Shown here piece after piece: positions 1-14,200 of a stretch of 64,000 nt of DNA. The first letter of the stretch is position 1. The number at the start of each line of letters is the position of its first letter. A program made the translations under genes and the position numbers. Origin of the DNA: Auanema rhodensis (Eukaryota; Animalia; Nematoda). The notes beneath the pieces were generated by a model. That model worked only from the letters and a program-made list of their open reading frames with translations, had not been told where the DNA came from and did not search any database. The DNA is taken from positions 744,001-808,000 of the forward strand of contig OZ059897.1 of assembly GCA_964057225.1 (NCBI GenBank). The letters run 5' to 3'.

Positions 1-973
1 TAGCGAAAAGTAGATGTTTTTAGATTCCTTTTTTCGAGGCAAAAACGATGGACAATGTTATTCAACGAAAAAATTAATTCTTCAGGGTGAAAATCGAGGA
101 TATAGGTGTGAACTTATATCAGTTGATATCTCGGTGCATTTTCAAGCTAGCGCAAATCTGATAGTACAGATCGACGCAGCTTAAAAATCCGCATCGAATG
201 CACTATACTACATTGAGAAACGCTCAATACAAAAATAAGTTATGATCGTTTGAAAAATGATGCATTAGTGTATGTTGCGTTTCCATGTACACTCAAAATT
301 GCTTCCAAAAACATTTTGACAAAAATTTTTTCGAAAAATTTCAAAATAATTTAGCGAAAAGTAGATGTTTTTAGATTTCTTTTTTCGAGGCAAAAACGAT
401 GGACAATGTTATTCAACGAAAAAATTAATTCTTCAGGGTGAAAATCGAGGATATAGGTGTGAACTTATATCAGTTGATATCTCGGTGCATTTTCAAGCTA
501 GCGCAAATCTGATAGTACAGATCGACGCAGCTTAAAAATCCGCATCGAATGCACTATACTACATTGAGAAACGCTCAATACAAAAATAAGTTATGATCGT
601 TTGAAAAATGATGCATTAGTGTATGTTGCGTTTCCATGTACACTCAAAATTGCTTCCAAAAACATTTTGACAAAAATTTTTTCGAAAAATTTCAAAATAA
701 TTTAGCGAAAAGTAGATGTTTTTAGATTTCTTTTTTCGAGGCAAAAACGATGGACAATGTTATTCAACGAAAAAATTAATTCTTCAGGGTGAAAATCGAG
801 GATATAAGTGTGAACTTATATCAGTTGATATCTCGGTGCATTTTTAAGCTAGCGCAAATCTGATAGTACAGATCGACGCAGCTTAAAAGTCCGCATCGAA
901 TGCACTATACTACATTGAGAAACGCTTAATACAAAAATTAGTTATGATCGTTTGAAAAATGATGCAATAGTGT

Positions 974-1001
974 ATGTTGAGTTTCCATGTACACTCAACA
1001 T
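974..1001. repeat. Intra-monomer dyad ATGTTGAGT-N10-ACTCAACAT (example copy)
   Basis: Perfect 9-bp stem around TTCCATGTAC. It lies in the least variable part of the monomer. Confidence 0.8.
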
Positions 1002-1188
1002 TGCTTCCAAAAACATTTTGACAAAAATTTTTTCGAAAAATTTCAAAATAATTTAGCAAAAAGTAGATGTTTTTAGATTCCTTTTTTCGAGGCAAAAACG
1101 ATGGACAATGTTATTCAACGAAAAAATTAATTCTTCAGGGTGAAAATCGAGGATATAAGTGTGAACTTATATCAGTTGATATCTCGGT

Positions 1189-1243
1189 GCATTTTTAAGC
1201 TAGCGCAAATCTGATAACACAGATCGACCCAGCTTAAAAATGC
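1189..1243. repeat. Intra-monomer imperfect inverted repeat (example copy; present in variant form in each monomer)
   Basis: GCATTTTTAAGCT (1189-1201) is the exact reverse complement of AGCTTAAAAATGC (1231-1243). An inner stem ATCTG/CAGAT encloses the loop ATAACA. Confidence 0.85.
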
Positions 1244-4200
1244 GCATCGAATGCACTATACTACATTGAGAAACGCTCAATACAAAAATAAGTTATGATC
1301 GTTTGAAAAATGATGCATTAGTGTATGTTGCGTTTCCATGTACACTCAAAATTGCTTCCAAAAACATTTTGACAAAAATTTTTTCGAAAAATTTCAAAAT
1401 AATTTAGCGAAAAGTAGATGTTTTTAGATTTCTTTTTTCGAGGCAAAAACGATGGACAATGTTATTCAACGAAAAAATTAATTCTTCAGGGTGAAAATCG
1501 AGGATATAAGTGTGAACTTATATCAGTTGATATCTCGGTGCATTTTTAAGCTAGCGCAAATCTGATAGTACAGATCGACGCAGCTTAAAAGTCCGCATCG
1601 AATGCACTATACTACATTGAGAAACGCTTAATACAAAAATAAGTTATGATCGTTTGAAAAATGATGCAATAGTGTATGTTGAGTTTCCATGTACACTCAA
1701 CATTGCTTCCAAAAACATTTTGACAAAAATTTTTTCGAAAAATTTCAAAATAATTTAGCAAAAAGTAGATGTTTTTAGATTCCTTTTTTCGAGGCAAAAA
1801 CGATGGACAATGTTATTCAACGAAAAAATTAATTCTTCAGGGTGAAAATCGAGGATATAAGTGTGAACTTATATCAGTTGATATCTCGGTGCATTTTTAA
1901 GCTAGCGCAAATCTGATAACACAGATCGACCCAGCTTAAAAATGCGCATCGAATGCACTATACTACATTAAGAAACGCTCAATACAAAAATTAGTTATGA
2001 TCGTTTGAAAAATGATGCATTAGTGTATGTTGAGTTTCCATGTACACTCAACATTGCTTCCAAAAACATTTTGACAAAAAGTTTCCCGAAAAATTTCAAA
2101 ATAATTTCACAAAAAGTAGATGTTTTTAGATTCCTTTTTTCAAGACAAAGACGATGGACATTGTTATTCAACAAAAAAATTAATTCTTCAGGGTGAAAAT
2201 CGAGGATATAAGTGTGAACTTATATCAGTTGATATCTCGGTGCATTTTCAAGCTAGCGCAAATCTGATAACACAGATCGACGCAGCTTAAAAATCCGCAT
2301 CGAATGCACTATACTACATTGAGAAACGCTCAATACAAAAATTAGTTATGATCGTTTGAAAAATGATGCATTAGTGTATGTTGAGTTTCCATGTACACTC
2401 AAAATTGCTTCCAAAAACATTTTGACAAAAATTTTTTCGAAAAATTTCAAGATAATTTAGCGAAAAGTAGATGTTTTTAGATTCCTTTTTTTGAGGCAAA
2501 AACGATGGACAATGTTATTCAACGAAAAAATTAATTCTTCAGGGTGAAAATCGAGGATATAGGTGTAAACTTATATCAGTTGATATCTCGGTGCATTTTC
2601 AAGCTAGCGCAAATCTGATAGTACAGATCGACGCAGCTTAAAAATCCGCATCGAATGCACTATACTACATTGAAAAACGCTTAATACAAAAATTAGTTAT
2701 GATCGTTTGAAAAATGATGCATTAGTGTATGTTGAGTTTCCATGTACACTCAAAATTGCTTCCAAAAACATTTTGACAAAAATTTTTTCGAAAAATTTCA
2801 AGATAATTTAGCGAAAAGTAGATGTTTTTAGATTCCTTTTTTCGAGGCAAAAACGATGGACAATGTTATTCAACGAAAAAATTAATTCTTCAGGGTGAAA
2901 ATCGAGGATATAGGTGTGAACTTATATCAGTTGATATCTCGGTGCATTTTCAAGCTAGCGCAAATCTGATAGTACAGATCGACGCAGCTTAAAAATCCGC
3001 ATCGAATGCACTATACTACATTGAGAAACGCTCAATACAAAAATAAGTTATGATCGTTTGAAAAATGATGCATTAGTGTATGTTGCGTTTCCATGTACAC
3101 TCAAAATTGCTTCCAAAAACATTTTGACAAAAATTTTTTCGAAAAATTTCAAAATAATTTAGCGAAAAGTAGATGTTTTTAGATTCCTTTTTTTGAGGCA
3201 AAAACGATGGACAATGTTATTCAACGAAAAAATTAATTCTTCAGGGTGAAAATCGAGGATATAGGTGTGAACTTATATCAGTTGATATCTCGGTGCATTT
3301 TTAAGCTAGCGGAAATCTGATAACACAGATCGACGCAGCTTAAAAATCCGCATCGAATGCACTATACTACATTAAGAAAAGCTTAATACAAAAATTAGTT
3401 ATGATCGTTTGAAAAATGATGCATTAGTGTATGTTGAGTTTCCATGTACACTCAAAATTGCTTCCAAAAACATTTTGACAAAAATTTTTACGAAAAATTT
3501 CAAAATAATTTAGCGAAAAGTAGATGTTTTTAGATTCCTTTTTTCGAGGCAAAAACGATGGACAATGTTATTCAACGAAAAAATTAATTCTTCAGGGTGA
3601 AAATCGAGGATATAGGTGTGAACTTATATCAGTTGATATCTCGGTGCATTTTCAAGCTAGCGCAAATCTGATAGTACAGATCGACGCAGCTTAAAAATCC
3701 GCATCGAATGCACTATACTACATTGAGAAACGCTCAATACAAAAATAAGTTATGATCGTTTGAAAAATGATGCATTAGTGTATGTTGCGTTTCCATGTAC
3801 ACTCAAAATTGCTTCCAAAAACATTTTGACAAAAATTTTTTCGAAAAATTTCAAAATAATTTAGCGAAAAGTAGATGTTTTTAGATTTCTTTTTTCGAGG
3901 CAAAAACGATGGACAATGTTATTCAACGAAAAAATTAATTCTTCAGGGTGAAAATCGAGGATATAAGTGTGAACTTATATCAGTTGATATCTCGGTGAAT
4001 TTTTAAGCTAGCGCAAATCTGACAACACAGATCGACGCAGTTTAAAAATCCGCATCGAATACACTATACTACATTGAGAAACGTTCAATACAAAAATTAT
4101 TTATGATTGTTCGAAAAATGATGCATTAGTGTATGTTGAGTTTCCATGTACACTCAACATTGCTTCCAAAAACATTTTGACAAAAATTTTCCCGAAAAAT

Positions 4201-7200
4201 TTCAAGATAATTTAACAAAGAGTAGATGTTTTTAGATTCTTTTTTTTAAGGCGAAGACGATGGACAATGTTATTCAACGAAAAAATTAATTCTTCAGGGT
4301 GAAAATCGAGGATATAAGTGTGAACTTATATCAGTTGATATCTCGGTGCATTTTCAAGCTAGCGCAAATCTGATAGTACAGATCGACCCAGCTTAAAAGT
4401 CCGCATCGAATGCACTATACTACATTGAGAAACGCTTAATACAAAAATTAGTTATGATCGTTTGAAAAATGATGCAATAGTGTATGTTGAGTTTCCATGT
4501 ACACTCAACATTGCTTCCAAAAACATTTTGACAAAAATTTTTTCGAAAAATTTCAAAATAATTTAGCAAAAAGTAGATGTTTTTAGATTCCTTTTTTCGA
4601 GGCAAAAACGATGGACAATGTTATTCAACGAAAAAATTAATTCTTCAGGGTGAAAATCGAGGATATAAGTGTGAACTTATATCAGTTGATATCTCGGTGC
4701 ATTTTTAAGCTAGCGCAAATCTGATAACACAGATCGACCCAGCTTAAAAATGCGCATCGAATGCACTATACTACATTGAGAAACGCTTAATACAAAAATT
4801 AGTTATGATTGTTTGAAAAATGATGCAATAGTGTATGTTGAGTTTCCATGTACACTCAAAATTGCTTCCAAAAACATTTTGACAAAAATTTTTTCGAAAA
4901 ATTTCAAAATAATTTCACAAAAAGTAGATGTTTTTAGATTCGTTTTTTCAAGACAAAGACGATGGACATTGTTATTCAACGAAAAAATTAATTCTTCAGG
5001 GTGAAAATCGAGGATATAGGTGTAAACTTATATCAGTTGATATCTCGGTGCATTTTCAAGCTAGCGCAAATCTGATAGTACAGATCGACGCAGCTTAAAA
5101 ATCCGCATCGAATGCACTATACTACATTGAAAAACGCTTAATACAAAAATTAGTTATGATCGTTTGAAAAATGATGCATTAGTGTATGTTGAGTTTCCAT
5201 GTACACTCAAAATTGCTTCCAAAAACATTTTGACAAAAATTTTTTCGAAAAATTTCAAGATAATTTAGCGAAAAGTAGATGTTTTTAGATTCCTTTTTTT
5301 GAGGCAAAAACGATGGACAATGTTATTCAACGAAAAAATTAATTCTTCAGGGTGAAAATCGAGGATATAGGTGTGAACTTATATCAGTTGATATCTCGGT
5401 GCATTTTTAAGCTAGCGGAAATCTGATAACACAGATCGACGCAGCTTGAAAATCCGCATCGAATGCACTATACTACATTAAGAAAAGCTTAATACAAAAA
5501 TTAGTTATGATCGTTTGAAAAATGATGCATTAGTGTATGTTGAGTTTCCATGTACACTCAAAATTGCTTCCAAAAACATTTTGACAAAAATTTTTACGAA
5601 AAATTTCAAAATATTTTAGCGAAAAGTAGATGTTTTTAGATTCCTTTTTTCGAGGCAAAAACGATGGACAATGTTATTCAACGAAAAAATTAATTCTTCA
5701 GGGTGAAAATCGAGGATATAGGTGTGAACTTATATCAGTTGATATCTCGGTGCATTTTCAAGCTAGCGCAAATCTGATAGTACAGATCGACGCAGCTTAA
5801 AAATCCGCATCGAATGCACTATACTACATTGAGAAACGCTCAATACAAAAATAAGTTATGATCGTTTGAAAAATGATGCATTAGTGTATGTTGCGTTTCC
5901 ATGTACACTCAAAATTGCTTCCAAAAACATTTTGACAAAAATTTTTTCGAAAAATTTCAAAATAATTTAGCGAAAAGTAGATGTTTTTAGATTTCTTTTT
6001 TCGAGGCAAAAACGATGGACAATGTTATTCAACGAAAAAATTAATTCTTCAGGGTGAAAATCGAGGATATAGGTGTGAACTTATATCAGTTGATATCTCG
6101 GTGCATATTTAAGCTAGCGCAAATCTGATAGTACAGATCGACGCAGCTTAAAAATCCGCATCGAATGCACTATACTACATTGAGAAACGCTCAATACAAA
6201 AATAAGTTATGATCGTTTGAAAAATGATGCATTAGTGTATGTTGCGTTTCCATGTACACTCAAAATTGCTTCCAAAAACATTTTGACAAAAATTTTTTCG
6301 AAAAATTTCAAAATAATTTAGCGAAAAGTAGATGTTTTTAGATTTCTTTTTTCGAGGCAAAAACGATGGACAATGTTATTCAACGAAAAAATTAATTCTT
6401 CAGGGTGAAAATCGAGGATATAAGTGTGAACTTATATCAGTTGATATCTCGGTGCATTTTTAAGCTAGCGCAAATCTGATAGTACAGATCGACGCAGCTT
6501 AAAAGTCCGCATCGAATGCACTATACTACATTGAGAAACGCTTAATACAAAAATTAGTTATGATCGTTTGAAAAATGATGCAATAGTGTATGTTGAGTTT
6601 CCATGTACACTCAACATTGCTTCCAAAAACATTTTGACAAAAATTTTTTCGAAAAATTTCAAAATAATTTAGCAAAAAGTAGATGTTTTTAGATTCCTTT
6701 TTTCGAGGCAAAAACGATGGACAATGTTATTCAACGAAAAAATTAATTCTTCAGGGTGAAAATCGAGGATATAAGTGTGAACTTATATCAGTTGATATCT
6801 CGGTGCATTTTTAAGCTAGCGCAAATCTGATAACACAGATCGACCCAGCTTAAAAATGCGCATCGAATGCACTATACTACATTGAGAAACGCTTAATACA
6901 AAAATTAGTTATGATTGTTTGAAAAATGATGCAATAGTGTATGTTGAGTTTCCATGTACACTCAAAATTGCTTCCAAAAACATTTTGACAAAAATTTTTT
7001 CGAAAAATTTCAAAATAATTTCACAAAAAGTAGATGTTTTTAGATTCCTTTTTTCAAGACAAAGACGATGGACATTGTTATTCAACAAAAAAATTAATTC
7101 TTCAGGGTGAAAATCGAGGATATAAGTGTGAACTTATATCAGTTGATATCTCGGTGCATTTTTAAGCTAGCGCAAATCTGATAACACAGATCGACCCAGC

Positions 7201-7449
7201 TTAAAAATGCGCATCGAATGCACTATACTACATTGAGAAACGCTTAATACAAAAATTAGTTATGATCGTTTGAAAAATGATGCAATAGTGTATGTTGAGT
7301 TTCCATGTACACTCAAAATTGCTTCCAAAAACATTTTGACAAAAATTTTTTCGAAAAATTTCAAGATAATTTAGCGAAAAGTAGATGTTTTTAGATTTCT
7401 TTTTTCGAGGCAAAAACGATGGACAATGTTATTCAACGAAAAAATTAAT

Positions 7450-9540
7450 TCTTCAGGGTGAAAATCGAGGATATAAGTGTGAACTTATATCAGTTGATAT
7501 CTCGGTGCATTTTTAAGCTAGCGCAAATCTGATAACACAGATCGACCCAGCTTAAAAATGCGCATCGAATGCACTATACTACATTGAGAAACGCTTAATA
7601 CAAAAATTAGTTATGATTGTTTGAAAAATGATGCAATAGTGTATGTTGAGTTTCCATGTACACTCAAAATTGCTTCCAAAAACATTTTGACAAAAATTTT
7701 TTCGAAAAATTTCAAAATAATTTCACAAAAAGTAGATGTTTTTAGATTCCTTTTTTCAAGACAAAGACGATGGACATTGTTATTCAACAAAAAAATTAAT
7801 TCTTCAGGGTGAAAATCGAGGATATAAGTGTGAACTTATATCAGTTGATATCTCGGTGCATTTTTAAGCTAGCGCAAATCTGATAACACAGATCGACCCA
7901 GCTTAAAAATGCGCATCGAATGCACTATACTACATTGAGAAACGCTTAATACAAAAATTAGTTATGATCGTTTGAAAAATGATGCAATAGTGTATGTTGA
8001 GTTTCCATGTACACTCAAAATTGCTTCCAAAAACATTTTGACAAAAATTTTTTCGAAAAATTTCAAGATAATTTAGCGAAAAGTAGATGTTTTTAGATTC
8101 TTTTTTTTGAGGCAAAAACGATGGACAATGTTATTCAACGAAAAAATTAATTCTTCAGGGTGAAAATCGAGGATATAGGTGTAAACTTATATCAGTTGAT
8201 ATCTCGGTGCATTTTCAAGCTAGCGCAAATCTGATAGTACAGATCGACGCAGCTTAAAAGTCCGCATCGAATGCACTATACTACATTGAGAAACGCTTAA
8301 TACAAAAATTAGTTATGATCGTTTGAAAAATGATGCAATAGTGTATGTTGAGTTTCCATGTACACTCAAAATTGCTTCCAAAAACATTTTGACAAAAATT
8401 TTTTCGAAAAATTTCAAAATAATTTAGCAAAAAGTAGATGTTTTTAGATTCCTTTTTTCGAGGCAAAAACGATGGACAATGTTATTCAACGAAAAAATTA
8501 ATTCTTCAGGGTGAAAATCGAGGATATAAGTGTGAACTTATATCAGTTGATATCTCGGTGCATTTTTAAGCTAGCGCAAATCTGATAACACAGATCGACC
8601 CAGCTTAAAAATGCGCATCGAATGCACTATACTACATTGAGAAACGCTTAATACAAAAATTAGTTATGATTGTTTGAAAAATGATGCAATAGTGTATGTT
8701 GAGTTTCCATGTACACTCAAAATTGCTTCCAAAAACATTTTGACAAAAATTTTTTCGAAAAATTTCAAAATAATTTCACAAAAAGTAGATGTTTTTAGAT
8801 TCCTTTTTTCAAGACAAAGACGATGGACATTGTTATTCAACAAAAAAATAAATTCTTCAGGGTGAAAATCGAGGATATAAGTGTGAACTTATATCAGTTG
8901 ATATCTCGGTGCATTTTTAAGCTAGCGCAAATCTGATAACACAGATCGACCCAGCTTAAAAATGCGCATCGAATGCACTATACTACATTGAGAAACGCTT
9001 AATACAAAAATTAGTTATGATCGTTTGAAAAATGATGCAATAGTGTATGTTGAGTTTCCATGTACACTCAAAATTGCTTCCAAAAACATTTTGACAAAAA
9101 TTTTTTCGAAAAATTTCAAGATAATTTAGCGAAAAGTAGATGTTTTTAGATTCCTTTTTTTGAGGCAAAAACGATGGACAATGTTATTCAACGAAAAAAT
9201 TAATTCTTCAGGGTGAAAATCGAGGATATAGGTGTAAACTTATATCAGTTGATATCTCGGTGCATTTTCAAGCTAGCGCAAATCTGATAGTACAGATCGA
9301 CGCAGCTTAAAAGTCCGCATCGAATGCACTATACTACATTGAGAAACGCTTAATACAAAAATTAGTTATGATCGTTTGAAAAATGATGCAATAGTGTATG
9401 TTGAGTTTCCATGTACACTCAAAATTGCTTCCAAAAACATTTTGACAAAAATTTTTTCGAAAAATTTCAAAATAATTTAGCAAAAAGTAGATGTTTTTAG
9501 ATTCCTTTTTTCGAGGCAAAAACGATGGACAATGTTATTC
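7450..9540 (+). repeat. 3-monomer (1053-bp) tandem duplication
   Basis: Identical variant types at 7621/8674, 7930/8983 and 8281/9334, all offset by 1053. Boundaries approximate. Confidence 0.8.
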
Positions 9541-11229
9541 AACGAAAAAATCATTTCTTCAGAGTGAAAATCGAGGATATAAGTGTGAACTTATATCAGT
9601 TGATATCTCGGTGCATTTTCAAGCTAGCGCAAATCTGATAGTACAGATCGACGCAGCTTAAAAATCCGCATCGAATGCACTATACTACATTGAGAAACGC
9701 TTAATACAAAAATAAGTTATGATTGTTTGAAAAATGATGCAATAGTGTATGTTGAGTTTCCATGTACACTCAAAATTGCTTCCAAAAACATTTTGACAAA
9801 AAATTTTTCGAAAAATTTCAAAATAATTTAGCAAAAAGTAGATGTTTTTAGATTCCTTTTTTCGAGGCAAAAACGATGGACAATGTTATTCAACGAAAAA
9901 ATTATTTCTTCAGAGTGAAAATCGAGGATATAAGTGTGAACTTATATCAGTTGATATCTCGGTGCATTTTCAAGCTAGCGCAAATCTGATAGTACAGATC
10001 GACGCAGCTTAAAAATCCGCATCGAATGCACTATACTACATTGAGAAACGGTTAATACAAAAATAAGTTATGATTGTTTGAAAAATGATGCAATAGTGTA
10101 TGTTGAGTTTCCATGTACACTCAAAATTGCTTCCAAAAACATTTTGACAAAAATTTTTTCGAAAAATTTCAAAATAATTTAGCAAAAAGTAGATGTTTTT
10201 AGATTCCTTTTTTCAAGGCAAAAACGATGGACAATGTTATTCAACGAAAAAATTAATTCTTCAGGGTGAAAATCGAGGATATAGGTGTGAACTTATATCA
10301 GTTGATATCTCGGTGCATTTTTAAGCTAGCGCAAATCTGATAACACAGATCGACGCAGCTTAAAAATCCGCATCGAATGCACTGTACTACATTGAAAAAC
10401 GCTTAATACAAAAATTAGTTATGATCGTTTGAAAAATGATGCATTAGTGTATGTTGAGTTTCCATGTACACTCAAAATTGCTTCCAAAAACATTTTGACA
10501 AAAATTTTTTCGAAAAATTTCAAGATAATTTAGCGAAAAGTAGATGTTTTTAGATTCCTTTTTTCGAGGCAAAAACGATGGACAATGTTATTCAACGAAA
10601 AAATTAATTCTTCAGGGTGAAAATCGAGGATATAGGTGTGAACTTATATCAGTTGATATCTCGGTGCATTTTCAAGCTAGCGCAAATCTGATAGTACAGA
10701 TCGACGCAGCTTAAAAATCCGCATCGAATGCACTATACTACATTGAGAAACGCTCAATACAAAAATAAGTTATGATCGTTTGAAAAATGATGCATTAGTG
10801 TATGTTGCGTTTCCATGTACACTCAAAATTGCTTCCAAAAACATTTTGACAAAAATTTTTTCGAAAAATTTCAAGATAATTTAGCGAAAAGTAGATGTTT
10901 TTAGATTCCTTTTTTCGAGGCAAAAACGATGGACAATGTTATTCAACGAAAAAATTAATTCTTCAGGGTGAAAATCGAGGATATAGGTGTGAACTTATAT
11001 CAGTTGATATCTCGGTGCATTTTCAAGCTAGCGCAAATCTGATAGTACAGATCGACGCAGCTTAAAAATCCGCATCGAATGCACTATACTACATTGAGAA
11101 ACGCTCAATACAAAAATAAGTTATGATCGTTTGAAAAATGATGCATTAGTGTATGTTGCGTTTCCATGTACACTCAAAATTGCTTCCAAAAACATTTTGA
11201 CAAAAATTTTTTCCAAAAATTTCAAAATA

Positions 11230-14200
11230 ATTTAGCGAAAAGTAGATGTTTTTAGATTCCTTTTTTTGAGGCAAAAACGATGGACAATGTTATTCAACGA
11301 AAAAATTAATTCTTCAGGGTGAAAATCGAGGATATAGGTGTGAACTTATATCAGTTGATATCTCGGTGCATTTTTAAGCTAGCGGAAATTTGATAACACA
11401 GATCGACGCAGCTTAAAAATCCGCATCGAATGCACTATACTACATTAAGAAAAGCTTAATACAAAAATTAGTTATGATCGTTTGAAAAATGATGCATTAG
11501 TGTATGTTGAGTTTCCATGTACACTCAAAATTGCTTCCAAAAACATTTTGACAAAAATTTTTTCGAAAAATTTCAAGATAATTTAGCGAAAAGTAGATGT
11601 TTTTAGATTTCTTTTTTCGAGGCAAAAACGATGGACAATGTTATTCAACGAAAAAATTAATTCTTCAGGGTGAAAATCGAGGATATAAGTGTGAACTTAT
11701 ATCAGTTGATATCTCGGTGCATTTTTAAGCTAACTCAAATCTGATAACACAGATCGACGCAGCTTAAAAATCCGTTTCGAATGCACTATACTACATTGAG
11801 AAACGCTCAATACAAAAATTATTTATGATTGTTTGAAAAATGATGCATTAGTGTATGTTGAGTTTCCATGTACACTCAACATTGCTTCCAAAAACATTTT
11901 GACAAAAATTTTCCCGAAAAATTTCAAAATAATTTAGCAAAAAGTAGATGTTTTTAGATTTCTTTTTTCGAGGCAAAAACGATGGACAATGTTATTCAAC
12001 GAAAAAATTGATTCTTCAGGGTGAAAATCGAGGATATAAGTGTGAACTTATATCAGTTGATATCTCGGTGCATTTTTAAGCTAACTCAAATCTGATAACA
12101 CAGATCGACGCAGCTTAAAAATCCGTTTCGAATGCATTATACTACATTGAGAAACGCTCAATACAAAAATTATTTATGATTGTTTGAAAAAAGATGCATT
12201 AGTGTATGTTGAGTTTCCATGTACACTCAAAATTGCTTCCAAAAACATTTTGACAAAAATTTTCCCGAAAAATTTCAAGATAATTTTACAAAAACTAGAT
12301 GTTTTTAGATTCCTTTTTTCAAGACAAAGACGATGGACATTGTTATTCAACAAAAAAATTAATTCTTCAGGGTGAAAATCGAGGATATAAGTGTGAACTT
12401 ATATCAGTTGATATCTCGGTGCATTTTTAAGCTAACTCAAATTTGATAACACAGATCGACGCAGCTTAAAAATGCGCATCGAATGCACTATACTACATTG
12501 AGAAACGCTTAATACAAAAATTAGTTATGATTGTTTGAAAAATGATGCAATAGTGTATGTTGAGTTTCCATGTACACTCAACATTGATTCCAAAAACATT
12601 TTGACAAAAATTTTTTCGAAAAATTTCAAAATAATTTCACAAAAAGTAGATGTTTTTAGATTCCTTTTTTCAAGGCAAAGACGATGGACAATGTTATTCA
12701 ACGAAAAAATTGATTCTTCAGGGTGAAAATCGAGGATATAAGTGTGAACTTATATCAGTTGATATCTCGGTGCATTTTTAAGCTAACTCAAATCTGATAA
12801 CACAGATCGACGCAGCTTAAAAATCCGCATCGAATGCACTAAACTACATTGAAAAACGCTCAATACAAAAATTATTTATGATTGTTTGAAAAAAGATGCA
12901 TTAGTGTATGTTGAGTTTCCATGTACACTCAACATTGCTTCCAAAAACATTTTGACAAAAATTTTCCCGAAAAATTTCAAGATAATTTTACAAAAACTAG
13001 ATGTTTTTAGATTCCTTTTTTCAAGGCAAAGACGATGGATAATGTTATTCAACGAAAAAATTAATTCTTCAGGGTGAAAATCGAGGATATAAGTGTGAAC
13101 TTATATCAGTTGATATCTCGGTGCATTTTTAAGCTAACTCAAATCTGATAACACAGATCGACGCAGCCTAAAAATCCGTTTCGAATGCACTATACTACAT
13201 TGAGAAACGCTCAATACAAAAATTTTTTATGATTGTTTGAAAAATGATGCATTAGTGTATGTTGAGTTTCCATGTACACTCAACATTGCTTCCAAAAACA
13301 TTTTGACAAAAATTTTCCCGAAAAATTTCAAGATAATTTTACAAAAACTAGATGTTTTTAGATTCCTTTTTTTAAGGCGAAAACGATGGACAATGTTATT
13401 CAACGAAAAAATTAATTCTTCAGGGTGAAAATCGAGGATATAAGTGTGAACTTATATCAGTTGATATCTCGGTGAATTTTTAAGCTAACTCAAATCTGAT
13501 AACACAGATCGACGCAGCTTAAAAATCCGTTTCGAATGCACTATACTACATTGAGAAACGCTCAATACAAAAATTATTTATGATTGTTTGAAAAAAGATG
13601 CATTAGTGTATGTTGAGTTTCCATGTACACTCAACATTGCTTCCAAAAACATTTTGACAAAAATTTTCCCGAAAAATTTCAAGATAATTTTACAGAAGCT
13701 AGATGTTTTTAGATTCCTTTTTTCAAGGCAAAGACGATGGACAATGTTATTCAACAAAAAAATTAATTCTTCAGGGTGAAAATCGAGGATATAAGTGTGA
13801 ACTTATATCAGTTGATATCTCGGTGAATTTTAAAGCTAACTCAAATCTGATAACACAGATCAACGCAGCTTAAAAATCCGTTTCGAATGCACTATACTAC
13901 ATTGAGAAACGCTCAATACAAAAATTATTTATGATTGTTTGAAAAAAGATGCATTAGTGTATGTTGAGTTTCCATGTACACTCAACATTGCTTCCAAAAA
14001 CATTTTGACAAAAATTTTCCCGAAAAATTTCAAGATAATTTCACAGAAACTAGATGTTTTTAGATTCCTTTTTTCAAGGCAAAAACGATGGACAATGTTA
14101 TTCAACGAAAAAATTAATTCTTCAGGGTGAAAATCGAGGATATAAGTGTGAACTTATATCAGTTGATATCTCGGTGCATTTTTAAGCTAACTCAAATCTG

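Larger units (their letters stand above)
1..11730 (+). repeat. Satellite subfamily domain A
   Basis: Predominant linked variants GCTAGCGCAAAT, GTTATGATCGTT, TTTTTCGAAAAA, CTCAAAATTGC, ATTTAGC(G/A)AAAAGTAG. The TAG breaks the + frame in most monomers. Confidence 0.85.

Noticed and set aside
1-351. Assignment to a named satellite (Drosophila 1.688/359-bp, alpha satellite with CENP-B box, Tribolium ~350-bp families)
   Set aside because: Size is similar to some of these, but I do not recognise the sequence as any of them and cannot run a database search.
910-9870. 61-aa antisense ORFs (MPRKKESK...)
   Set aside because: They overlap the other frame on the opposite strand, use a TTG start and appear only with certain allele combinations.
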